From assembly GCA_945901095.1 (NCBI GenBank), contig CAMDKQ010000001.1, forward strand, positions 1 through 59,521: 59,521 nucleotides of DNA. Direction: 5' to 3'. This document shows, one piece after another, positions 8,775-17,492 of this stretch. Below the pieces are notes generated by a model, which was not told the origin of the DNA, searched no databases, and saw only the letters and a list, made by a program, of their open reading frames with translations. Source of the stretch: Bifidobacterium breve. Its GTDB lineage: Bacteria; Actinomycetota; Actinomycetes; S36-B12. Each line of letters starts with the position of its first letter. Position 1 is the stretch's first letter. A program made the position numbers and the translations under genes.

Positions 8775-9557
8775 ATGCCCATCGACCTTCGAGGCACCAC
8801 TGCCATCATCACCGGCGGCGGGCGCGGCCTTGGCCTCGCGATCGCCCGCGACCTTGCCTCAAACGGTGCCGGCATCGGCTTGCTTGACGTCCTGCCAGAC
8901 GTGACGGCGACCGCGGCCGCCGTGGCCGCCGAATTCTCCGTCCCCGCAGCCGGCATCATCTCCGATGTGCGCGACGCGAGCGCGGTCGAGGCCGCCTTCG
9001 GCGCGATTCAGGAGCAGATAGGCGTTGCGACGACCCTGGTCACGGCAGCGGGAATCACGATCTGGGGCGAGAGTGCGAAGGTGACGCCCGATGATTGGCA
9101 ACGCGTCCTCGACATCAACCTCAACGGCACCTTTTTCGCGTGTCAGTCATTTGCGAACCGATTGCATTCGGCCCAAGCCGTCGACGCCGGCCTGCGGGGT
9201 ACAGTCATTCTCATCTCCTCAATGTCGGCGCGGATCGTCAACGTCCCGCAATTCCAGGCGTCGTACCACGCGTCGAAGGCAGCCGTAAGCATGCTCGCGA
9301 AGTCACTCGGAGTCGAATGGGCAGCGTCCGGCATCCGGGTGAATGCGGTCGAGCCCGGCTACATGCTCTCGGACATGACCCGCGAGTTCATGGACGCCAA
9401 CCCTGACCTCGCCGGACAGTGGCGGGGACTCATCCCTGCCGGGCGAATGGGCGAGCCCGCCGACCTCGTCGGCCTCGTCCGGTTCCTCGCCTCCGCCGAA
9501 TCGGGGTACCTGACCGCACAATCGGTCGTCCTCGACGGCGGCTACACGGCGATCTGA
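8775..9557 (+). CDS. SDR-family oxidoreductase
   Basis: Contains the TGGGRGLG cofactor motif and the YHASK catalytic motif. I trimmed the start from the TTG at 8712 to the ATG at 8775, which is preceded by GAGGA. Confidence 0.85.
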   Translation: MPIDLRGTTAIITGGGRGLGLAIARDLASNGAGIGLLDVLPDVTATAAAVAAEFSVPAAGIISDVRDASAVEAAFGAIQEQIGVATTLVTAAGITIWGESAKVTPDDWQRVLDINLNGTFFACQSFANRLHSAQAVDAGLRGTVILISSMSARIVNVPQFQASYHASKAAVSMLAKSLGVEWAASGIRVNAVEPGYMLSDMTREFMDANPDLAGQWRGLIPAGRMGEPADLVGLVRFLASAESGYLTAQSVVLDGGYTAI

Positions 9558-9593
9558 TCACGCAGGCTGACCGATGATCGAACCTCGAGACCT

Positions 9594-11051
9594 ATGACTG
9601 AATCGCACCACTTCATTGCCGTCGACCTCGGTGCGCAGAGCGGCCGAGTCGTGCTCGGCACCTTCACGCAGGGCGGGCTCGATCTTGATGAGGTGCACCG
9701 CTTTCCGAATGAACCGGTGACAATCGCCGGCATCCTGTGCTGGGACACAGACGAACTCTTCGAGCAGACTCTCGCCGGGATCGCGCGCGCCATCGGTCAA
9801 GTTGTTGCGCGGGGCGGGCGCGTCAAAGGCATCAGCGTCGATTCCTGGGGTGTCGACTACGGGCTCATTGATGAAGGCGGTGCCCTAGTCCACCCGGTCC
9901 GGAACTACCGCGCAAGCGATCCGGCTATCGTCGCAATTGCCAATGAGCGAGTGAGCACTGCGGAGGCATACGCCCGTACAGGCGTCACCGAGATGGCGAT
10001 TAACACCTGCTTCCAACTCATCCGCGACGCTCGTGCCGGGCTTCTCGCCGGGAGCCCCAGCATGCTCCTAACTCCAGACCTTTGGACCTACTGGCTCACA
10101 GGCACCATCGGTGCCGAACGCACGATCGCATCGACAACCGGCCTCCTCGACCAGCAGACCGGCGAATGGGCGCACGATCTCGCCGACCGCCTGGGCATTG
10201 CGTCAGCCGAGCTCCCCAACCTTGTCGACGCTGGGTCGCCGGCCGGGGTCACACTCCCCGCAATCAACGAGCGGCTCGGTATGCACGACCCTCGCGCCCG
10301 TTTGCACGGACCAATCCCGGTGATTTGGGGCGCGTCACACGACACCGCGAGTGCCTTCGCGGCTGTTTGCGACCCTGACGATGGCATCGCGGTTATCTCC
10401 TGCGGCACTTGGGCCCTGGTCGGCTGCAGCACCCAGGCACCAGTCCTCACTCGCGACGCAATGAACACCGGCTTTACCAACGAGCAGGGCACCGAAGGTT
10501 CGACGATCTTCGTACGAAACTTGAGCGGCACCTGGCTGCTCGAGGAGTGCCTACGCACGTGGGTGGGGGAAGACCCCGGCCCGCAGACTGTGTCGCAACT
10601 GCGCGCCGCACTGCTCGGCGAGGTGTCCGCGCAGGGCGGCCCGGACCTCGCGGGCACCATCGACCCCGGTGACGCCAGCCTCGTGGAAGCGGGCAACATG
10701 CCCGGTCGAATCGCGGACCTGTACCGGCGCACGTGCGCCGACTCGCAGGACCTCACCCGCGTCGACCTTGTCCGACTCATCCTCTCAAGCCTCGCGAACT
10801 CGTTCGACAGGTCGATCGTCGAGGCGAGCCGATTGACCGGGCAATCGTTCACGGAGATCCGCATGATCGGTGGCGGCTCGCAGATCCAGCCTCTCGTCAA
10901 CCGGACGAGGGAGGTTACGGGTCTGCCTGTCGTCACTGGGCCCGCCGAGGCCACGAGCATCGGCAACCTGTGCATTCAAGCCGTCGCAGTCGGCATCTTC
11001 ACGACCCTGCGTCAGGCCCGCCTTACCGCCCGACGATTGGACCGGTCATGA
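9594..11051 (+). CDS. Rhamnulokinase-like FGGY kinase
   Basis: 485-aa ORF. The N-terminus FIAVDLGAQSGRVVLG...LDEVHRFPNEP closely resembles the E. coli RhaB N-terminus (recalled from memory). It shares an ATGA overlap with the next gene at 11048..11051. Confidence 0.85.
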   Translation: MTESHHFIAVDLGAQSGRVVLGTFTQGGLDLDEVHRFPNEPVTIAGILCWDTDELFEQTLAGIARAIGQVVARGGRVKGISVDSWGVDYGLIDEGGALVHPVRNYRASDPAIVAIANERVSTAEAYARTGVTEMAINTCFQLIRDARAGLLAGSPSMLLTPDLWTYWLTGTIGAERTIASTTGLLDQQTGEWAHDLADRLGIASAELPNLVDAGSPAGVTLPAINERLGMHDPRARLHGPIPVIWGASHDTASAFAAVCDPDDGIAVISCGTWALVGCSTQAPVLTRDAMNTGFTNEQGTEGSTIFVRNLSGTWLLEECLRTWVGEDPGPQTVSQLRAALLGEVSAQGGPDLAGTIDPGDASLVEAGNMPGRIADLYRRTCADSQDLTRVDLVRLILSSLANSFDRSIVEASRLTGQSFTEIRMIGGGSQIQPLVNRTREVTGLPVVTGPAEATSIGNLCIQAVAVGIFTTLRQARLTARRLDRS

Positions 11052-11845
11052 CCACAGCACGCTTGGCACTCCTGCGGCTCGGCAACGCGCTCGGCGAGCC
11101 CACCCGAGACCTCGTCCTCAGTGCGGAGGGCAATGTGTCGTCACGGGCCGACAACCCGGAAATCGGCACTTCCCACATGATTATCAAGGCGAGCGGCTGC
11201 TCGCTGGCCACGATGATCGAACCTGATCTGCTCCTCGTCGATCGTCAAGTCATTTCCCCGCTGCTTGCCCGGGAGAGCATCAGTGATGATGTGACCGCAG
11301 CGACCTACCGGGCATCGGTGCTGGGCGGTGGCACCAACCCGCGGATGCCGTCCGTTGAGGCGATTCTCCACACCGTTCTCTACGACGAGACACACGCTCA
11401 GGTGATCGCCCACACGCACCCGACCGCGGTCAACGCGATCCTGTGCTCCACCTCGCCCGAGCTCCTCGTCGGCGGCGCGCTTTTCCCTGACATGATCGTC
11501 GTCCTCGGGAGGCGGCAGCTCCTCCTCCCATATGTCGACCCCGGCGTGCCCCTCGCCCTGGCAGTGCGCGACGCAGTTCGGGAATTCATCGCCGAGGAGG
11601 GCTTTGTGCCCCGGGTCATCTACCTTGCCAACCATGGCGTCTTCGTCCTCGCATCGTCGCCAGACGAAGCCCTCCAGATCACGACCATGGTTGTGAAAGT
11701 GGCCCGCATTATCTTCGGTTCACTCGCGGCCGGCGGACCCGCTTTTCTCCCCAGCCACCACGTCGATCGCATCGAGAACCGTCCCGACGAGCAGTATCGA
11801 CGAGGCCTACTCGCGGCCGCCGCAAGCAAGGAGACCTTGACATGA
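11048..11845 (+). CDS. Class II aldolase/adducin-family protein (RhaE-like)
   Basis: Starts at the ATG at 11048 (MTTARLALLRLG...). The metal-binding motif HTHPTAVNAI is present. The listed ORF 10733..11845 is an off-frame N-terminal extension that overlaps the kinase. Confidence 0.8.
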   Translation: MTTARLALLRLGNALGEPTRDLVLSAEGNVSSRADNPEIGTSHMIIKASGCSLATMIEPDLLLVDRQVISPLLARESISDDVTAATYRASVLGGGTNPRMPSVEAILHTVLYDETHAQVIAHTHPTAVNAILCSTSPELLVGGALFPDMIVVLGRRQLLLPYVDPGVPLALAVRDAVREFIAEEGFVPRVIYLANHGVFVLASSPDEALQITTMVVKVARIIFGSLAAGGPAFLPSHHVDRIENRPDEQYRRGLLAAAASKETLT

Positions 11846-12573
11846 CCGCTCACTCGTCGTCACCAGTCGCCATCGTCACCGGCGCCAGCTCAGGCATCGG
11901 CCGCGCGTGTGCCCTGGCGATGGACGCCGCAGGCATGCGGCTCGTCATCGTGGGCCGCAACCGTGAGCGACTCGAGTCCCTCGCGCCTCTGCTGACTACC
12001 AAGCCGGTCATCGTGGCGGGCGACGTCGCCGAGCCTTCCACTGCCGGGCAAGCCGTCGAGCGGGCGATCGAGTCCTTCGGCCAGCTCGACGTCCTCCTCG
12101 CCAACGCCGGCTTGTATCTGCCGGATCGCGGGTGGGAGGTTGCGCCCGAGCTCGTTACCGAGATCGTCTCGACGAACGTACTCGGGGTCATGCACGGCGT
12201 GCATGCGGCCCTGCCGACATTCATTGCACAGCGCACCGGCGACATCGTCGTGACGAGCTCCGTCTCCGGTCATCAGGTGATCCCCTGGGAGCCGATCTAC
12301 TCGGCAACGAAACATGCGGTGCAGACCTTCGTGCACGGTACTCGGCAGCAGCTCATCGGCACCGGAGTGCGCTTGGGCTCAGTCGCGCCAGGCATCGTCC
12401 TCAACGAGCTTTGGGGGGTGAACCGCGATGACTTGTCGATCGAGGAAGAGGTGGCAGCCGGTCGCGGAATGAGGTCGGAGGACGTCGCGGATGCGGTGCT
12501 GTTCATGCTTCGTCAGCCGCGCCACGTGACAATCCGCGACCTCGTTATGGTGCCGACGAATCAGGAGATCTGA
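11842..12573 (+). CDS. SDR-family oxidoreductase (RhaW-like partner of the aldolase)
   Basis: Contains VTGASSGIGRA and YSATKHAV motifs. It shares an ATGA overlap with the aldolase stop at 11842..11845. Confidence 0.85.
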   Translation: MTAHSSSPVAIVTGASSGIGRACALAMDAAGMRLVIVGRNRERLESLAPLLTTKPVIVAGDVAEPSTAGQAVERAIESFGQLDVLLANAGLYLPDRGWEVAPELVTEIVSTNVLGVMHGVHAALPTFIAQRTGDIVVTSSVSGHQVIPWEPIYSATKHAVQTFVHGTRQQLIGTGVRLGSVAPGIVLNELWGVNRDDLSIEEEVAAGRGMRSEDVADAVLFMLRQPRHVTIRDLVMVPTNQEI

Positions 12574-12595
12574 GCTCCCCTCCAAGACCGGACGA

Positions 12596-12673
12596 GATGA
12601 ACGAATCGAGCGTTTAATGAGCGCCATTCGTTCATCCCGCCCGGAATCTGGATGAAATGACTGGGGGTTGGGG
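12596..12673 (-). repeat. Intergenic repeat family, copy A: hairpin module plus G/C-tract abutting the thiolase stop codon
   Basis: CCGGAATCTGGATGAAATGAC at 12641..12661 differs by 1 mismatch from the 21-mer at 48410..48430. It is followed by TGGGGGTTGGGG running up to the TAG at 12676..12674. An 11-bp inverted repeat, GATGAACGAAT (12596..12606) and ATTCGTTCATC (12626..12636), lies alongside. Confidence 0.8.
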
Positions 12674-13867
12674 CTAGGCCGGGACTCGGATGAGGAGGGC
12701 GTCGCCCTGACCGCCTCCACCGCACAGGGCCGCAACTCCCGTGCCGCCGCCGTTCCTCTGCAATTCCAGCGCTAGGTGCAGGACGATGCGCGCTCCTGAC
12801 ATGCCGACCGGGTGGCCGAGTGCGATGGCCCCACCATTGACGTTCACGATGCTGGCGTCGACGCCGAGCGCCCGCATCGAGACCACGCCAACCGCAGCGA
12901 AGGCCTCGTTGATCTCGAACAGGTCGAGATCGGAAACCGCAATGCCCTCGCGGGCGCAGGCCTTCTTGATGGCATTGGCCGGCTGTTCCCGGAGCGAGGC
13001 ATCGGGCCCGGCCACCACTCCGTGTGATCCAATAACCGCCAGCGGGGTCAAACCGAGTTCAGCAGCCTTGCGCCGGCTCATAACCACAACGGCCGCAGCG
13101 CCGTCCGAGATCTGTGAAGCACTACCCGCCGTGATGGTGCCCTCCTTGGCGAAGGCGGGGCGAAGCTTGGCGAGGCCCTCGGCTGTCGTGTCGGAGCGGA
13201 TCCCTTCGTCTTCGGTCACCATGATCGGGTCGCCTTTGCGCTGCGCCACGGAAACCGGAGCGATCTCGGCCGCGAAGAGGCCCGCCTCCTGGGCGCGGGC
13301 GGCGCGTTGATGCGAGGTGGCCGAAAATGCATCCTGGTCCTCTCGGGTGAGGTCGTAGCGGGCATTGGCACGTTCAGTGCTCTCCCCCATGCCGCACTCG
13401 TCAATCGCACACGTGAGCGCATCGAAGGCCATCGAGTCGACCATCGTCCAGTCGCCGTACTTGACGCCGGTGCGCGAACCCATGAGCAGGTGCGGAGCAT
13501 TCGTCATCGACTCCATGCCGCCCGCCACGATGCAGTCGAACTCGCCAGCGCGAATGAGTTGGTCCGCAAGCGCGATGGCGTCGATACCCGACAAACAGAC
13601 CTTGTTGATCGTGAGCGATGGGACGTCCATCGAAATGCCCGCGTTGATTGCTGCCTGACGCGCCGTCATCTGGCCCGCACCCGCCTGCAGCACCTGACCC
13701 ATGATGACGTACTCCACCTCGGAGGCCGAGACACCCGACTTTTCGAGGGCCCCTGCGATCGCAACCCCGCCGAGATCTGTCGCAGAGAACGAAGAAAGGG
13801 AGCCGAGGAGGCGCCCCATCGGCGTACGCGCTCCCCCGACGATGACCGAACCGTTGTCGAACGACAT
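12674..13867 (-). CDS. Acetyl-CoA C-acetyltransferase (thiolase II)
   Basis: 397-aa ORF with an NKVCLSG active-site Cys region and C-terminal [10 protein letters not shown] and CGGGGQG motifs. A GGGAG Shine-Dalgarno is present. Confidence 0.92.
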   Translation of the reverse strand: MSFDNGSVIVGGARTPMGRLLGSLSSFSATDLGGVAIAGALEKSGVSASEVEYVIMGQVLQAGAGQMTARQAAINAGISMDVPSLTINKVCLSGIDAIALADQLIRAGEFDCIVAGGMESMTNAPHLLMGSRTGVKYGDWTMVDSMAFDALTCAIDECGMGESTERANARYDLTREDQDAFSATSHQRAARAQEAGLFAAEIAPVSVAQRKGDPIMVTEDEGIRSDTTAEGLAKLRPAFAKEGTITAGSASQISDGAAAVVVMSRRKAAELGLTPLAVIGSHGVVAGPDASLREQPANAIKKACAREGIAVSDLDLFEINEAFAAVGVVSMRALGVDASIVNVNGGAIALGHPVGMSGARIVLHLALELQRNGGGTGVAALCGGGGQGDALLIRVPA

Positions 13868-13916
13868 GCCTTGCTCCCTTGCTCACGCGACCGTGATCGC
13901 GACCGGTTTCTCGCCT

Positions 13917-14693
13917 TCATCGGCGACTGGCTATCCACACATCGACGCGGCTCACGAAGTCGAGGACCGCCGCCTGCAACTCTGACTCGCGACCAGTAAA
14001 CCGCTGGGTTGGAACGGGAATGCTCAGCGCCAGCATGTCGTGATCAATGGTCCCGATGACCGCCCCGATCGCACTGACCCCCAGCGACTGCTCCTCGCGA
14101 TCGAAAGCCACACCGTCTGCCGCCCTGATGCGCTCAAGTTCGGCTCGAATATCGGTCACAGTCACGAGCGTGTTCTCAGTGAGTGCCTCAAGTCGCCCAC
14201 CCAGCACGCGGTTGACGTCGGGAGCCGGCATCGCAGCCAGCATTGCCTTTCCATTGGCGCTCGCGTGCAGCGGGAACGAGTCACCCACCGCACTCACCGC
14301 CCGCAACCGATTGTCCGCCACCACCTGATCGACGAAGATTGCACGGTCGCCTTCGAGGACCGACAGGTCGACTGTCTCGCCGATTTCGAAGGAGAACTCG
14401 ACGAGGAGCGGATGCAGTTCAAGCCAGGCCGTGCGCCGGGCGGAAGCTGCGAGCCGGATGAGTTCAGGACCGAGCCGGTAGCGCCCTCGCGGGCCAAGGG
14501 ACATCACGAGGCCTTCACTCTCAAGGGCCATGAGCAGCCGGCTCACGGTTGAGCGGGCGAGCCCAAGGCGCTCACCGATCTCAGACTGGCTCAGCCCGCC
14601 GGGATGGCCGAGCAGTTGGCGAAGGATATCGACCGCCCGAGTGAGCACCTGAATGCCGGAGTGGCCGTCGGCATCGCCGGAGGGGGTGGCCAT
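13917..14693 (-). CDS. IclR-family transcriptional regulator
   Basis: Shows a winged-HTH (LSQSEIGERLGLARSTVSRLL) plus an IclR effector domain layout. The ATG at 14693 is preceded by GAGGGAG. The ORF-track start at 14711 lacks a Shine-Dalgarno. Confidence 0.85.
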   Translation of the reverse strand: MATPSGDADGHSGIQVLTRAVDILRQLLGHPGGLSQSEIGERLGLARSTVSRLLMALESEGLVMSLGPRGRYRLGPELIRLAASARRTAWLELHPLLVEFSFEIGETVDLSVLEGDRAIFVDQVVADNRLRAVSAVGDSFPLHASANGKAMLAAMPAPDVNRVLGGRLEALTENTLVTVTDIRAELERIRAADGVAFDREEQSLGVSAIGAVIGTIDHDMLALSIPVPTQRFTGRESELQAAVLDFVSRVDVWIASRR

Positions 14694-14764
14694 CGTTCTC
14701 CCTCGCTTCATGTTGGGTTGGGGGCAGTCACAGGATAGTGACGGCCCAATAGCGGGAATTGGCT

Positions 14765-15835
14765 CTAGCCCACCCAGCCCTTGGCATGTTCGAGGAAGCG
14801 CGTATTAGCCTCAGGCTCACCGATCGTGATGCGCACCCCTTCGCCCGCGAATGGTCGGACTGAAAGGCCAATGGCGTCGCACTCCGCGGCGAACTCCATA
14901 GTCCGCTCACCAAGCCTGAGCCACACAAAGTTGGCCTCCGATTCCGCAGGGTGCAGACCGACCAATTCGAGCGACGCCTGCACGCGGCCGCGCTCCCCCA
15001 TGATCGTCCGCACTCGCTCGAGGAGCTCCTCCTCGGCATGGAGCGAGGCGATGGCTGCTGCCTGGGCGACCGAGTTGACTCCGAAGGGAACCTGGACCTT
15101 GCGAAGTGCCTCGGCAACCGGCTCGTGCGCGATGCAGTATCCGACGCGCAGGGCGGCAAGGCCGTACGCCTTGGAGAAGGTCCTCAGCACCGCAACGTTC
15201 TCGTTCGCCCGGTAGAAGTCGAGCCCGTCCGGGATCTTCTCGGGATCAACGAACTCGCAATAGGCCTCGTCGATGACGATGAGGAGATCGCGCGGCGCGC
15301 CCTCAATGAACCTGGCGATGGCCTCGCGGCCAACCGCAGTGCCGGTCGGATTGTTCGGATTGCAGATAAGGGCAATACGCGTGGTGTCGTCGATCGCCGC
15401 GAGCATGGCAACGAGATCGTGTCGATCATCGTCGTCGAGCGGCACCTTCTGAGCCGTGGCTCCCGAGATCTGGGTCATGATGGGATACGCCTCGAATGAG
15501 CGCCATCCGAACAGGACACCATCACCCGGGCCGGCGGTGATCTGGACGAGCTGCTGGAGGAGCCCCACACTGCCAGTGCCCACCGCGATATCGCCGGCGG
15601 GGACCGCGAAGTGCTCGGCAATCTCGCTGACCAGCGCGGACGACCCGTAGTCCGGGTACCGATGCATGTCGTAGAGGGCGCGCTCGGCGGCCTTGAGCAC
15701 CGACGGAAGCGGATCATGGTGGTTCTCGTTGCTCGAGAGTTTGTACGAGGTTATTCCGGGCGCAACCGTCGCAGGCTGCCCAGCCTTGTAGCCGGGAATC
15801 CCGTCGAGTGTGCTCCGCAGTCGGATCGGTGTCAT
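14765..15835 (-). CDS. Class I/II aminotransferase (histidinol-phosphate/aromatic aminotransferase-like)
   Basis: Contains a PLP-lysine region (TFSKAYGLAALRVGY) and an N-terminal DGIPGYKAG segment. I trimmed the start to the ATG at 15835 (MTPIRLRS...). The start remains uncertain. Confidence 0.82.
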   Translation of the reverse strand: MTPIRLRSTLDGIPGYKAGQPATVAPGITSYKLSSNENHHDPLPSVLKAAERALYDMHRYPDYGSSALVSEIAEHFAVPAGDIAVGTGSVGLLQQLVQITAGPGDGVLFGWRSFEAYPIMTQISGATAQKVPLDDDDRHDLVAMLAAIDDTTRIALICNPNNPTGTAVGREAIARFIEGAPRDLLIVIDEAYCEFVDPEKIPDGLDFYRANENVAVLRTFSKAYGLAALRVGYCIAHEPVAEALRKVQVPFGVNSVAQAAAIASLHAEEELLERVRTIMGERGRVQASLELVGLHPAESEANFVWLRLGERTMEFAAECDAIGLSVRPFAGEGVRITIGEPEANTRFLEHAKGWVG

Positions 15836-16013
15836 CGGTCCTCGTCGTCCCTCTCGCATCGGTCGGTTGCCACTCATGCCAGCGCAGGTTGGCACGGCCT
15901 ACACATCTTGTCATCGCGAGGAATAGCCCGAACTCGGTGGTTGAAATTCTCCATCTAACGGGCCCAGTAAGGTTCAGAATGCCCGGACGAGATGACGCGA
16001 GCGAGGAGGTCCG

Positions 16014-16802
16014 ATGGACAAGGTCGTGGCGAGTGCCGCGGAGGCTGTCGCCGACATCGGCAGTGGAGCCTCACTGGCGGTTGGTGGATTCGGGCTGTGT
16101 GGAATTCCGCAGACCCTCATCGATGCGCTGGTCGCGGGTCCGGCCTCTGACCTTCGGGTGGTGAGCAATAACTGCGGCGTCGACGACTGGGGCCTGGGCA
16201 TGTTGCTCGGCCAGCGGCGGATCGCTCGGGTCATCGCGAGTTATGTGGGCGAGAACAAGGAGTTCGAACGTCAGTTCTTGTCCGGCGAACTAGAGGTCGA
16301 ACTCATCCCGCAGGGCACCCTCGCGGAGCGACTGCGCGCAGGCGGAGCGGGTATCCCGGCATTCTTCACCCCAGCCGGTGTCGGCACACCTGTCGCCGAC
16401 GGCGGCATGCCGCTGCGATACGCGGCTGACGGGTCGGTCGAGTTGGCATCGGATCCCAAGGAGGTCCGATCCTTCGACGGACGCGACTACGTCCTTGAGC
16501 ATGGCATCGTCACCGACTTCGCGATCGTGCGGGCGAGCCTCGGCGACCGGCACGGCAATCTCGTGTTCGACAAGGCGACCCGCAACTTCAACCCATTGGC
16601 TGCAACAGCAGGGCGGATCACGATCGCGGAGGTCGAGCGCCTCGTCGAGCCCGGGGAGATCCCCGCCGAGCACATCCACACGCCAGGAGTATTCGTCCAA
16701 CGCGTTGTGGTCCTCACCCCCGAGCAGGTAGTGACGAAGCGGATCGAGCGCCGCACCGTCACAGCCCCCACCGCCGCCGCGTCAGGAACGGAGTCGTCAT
16801 GA
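16014..16802 (+). CDS. scoA: 3-oxoacid CoA-transferase subunit A
   Basis: Contains the GGFGLCGIP motif and a GAGGAGG Shine-Dalgarno. It shares an ATGA overlap with subunit B. Confidence 0.9.
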   Translation: MDKVVASAAEAVADIGSGASLAVGGFGLCGIPQTLIDALVAGPASDLRVVSNNCGVDDWGLGMLLGQRRIARVIASYVGENKEFERQFLSGELEVELIPQGTLAERLRAGGAGIPAFFTPAGVGTPVADGGMPLRYAADGSVELASDPKEVRSFDGRDYVLEHGIVTDFAIVRASLGDRHGNLVFDKATRNFNPLAATAGRITIAEVERLVEPGEIPAEHIHTPGVFVQRVVVLTPEQVVTKRIERRTVTAPTAAASGTESS

Positions 16803-17434
16803 CCCTCACCCGCGATGAACTCGCCGCACGCGTCGCCCGCGAGTTGTCCGACGGCCAGTACGTCAACCTCGGCATCGGTCTGCCTACCCTGGTACCCAAC
16901 CACCTGCCCGCGGGAATCCATGTGGTCCTCCAGTCGGAGAACGGGATCCTCGGCACCGGCCCTTACCCGGTGGAGGCAGCAGTTGATCCCGACCTCATCA
17001 ACGCGGGCAAGGAAACCGTCACCATCCTGCCCGGGGCTTCCTACTTCGACTCAGCCACCAGTTTCGCGATGATCCGCGGCGGTCACATCGACATCGCCAT
17101 CCTCGGTGCGATGCAGGTCTCCGCGACAGGCGACCTCGCGAACTGGATGATCCCCGGCAAAATGGTCAAGGGCATGGGCGGCGCCATGGATCTCGTTCAC
17201 GGCGCCAAGCGCGTCGTTGTCATGATGGAGCACGTCGCTAAGGACGGCACCCACAAGATCGTTGAAGAGTGCACCCTGCCCCTCACCGGCAAGGCCGTCA
17301 TCAACCGCATCATTACCGACATGGCCGTGATCGACATCACTCCCGGCGGCCTCGTACTCATCGAGACCGCGCCTGGCATCTCCACGGACGAGGTCCGCGG
17401 CGCCACTGGGGCGCCGCTTCAACTCCGCGACTGA
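16799..17434 (+). CDS. scoB: 3-oxoacid CoA-transferase subunit B
   Basis: Contains QSENGILG, with the catalytic Glu in the SENG motif. 211 aa. Confidence 0.9.
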   Translation: MTLTRDELAARVARELSDGQYVNLGIGLPTLVPNHLPAGIHVVLQSENGILGTGPYPVEAAVDPDLINAGKETVTILPGASYFDSATSFAMIRGGHIDIAILGAMQVSATGDLANWMIPGKMVKGMGGAMDLVHGAKRVVVMMEHVAKDGTHKIVEECTLPLTGKAVINRIITDMAVIDITPGGLVLIETAPGISTDEVRGATGAPLQLRD

Positions 17435-17492
17435 CGCTCAACTACCCATCATGCATCTCACTTGACGGTGGGATGGTCACTGCGGTGCAGCG

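Noticed and set aside
10733-11047. The N-terminal 105 codons of the listed 370-aa ORF (10733..11845)
   Set aside because: This part overlaps the rhamnulokinase 3' end in a different frame and is Arg/Pro-rich. The aldolase-like sequence begins at the ATG at 11048, which forms an ATGA overlap with the kinase stop.
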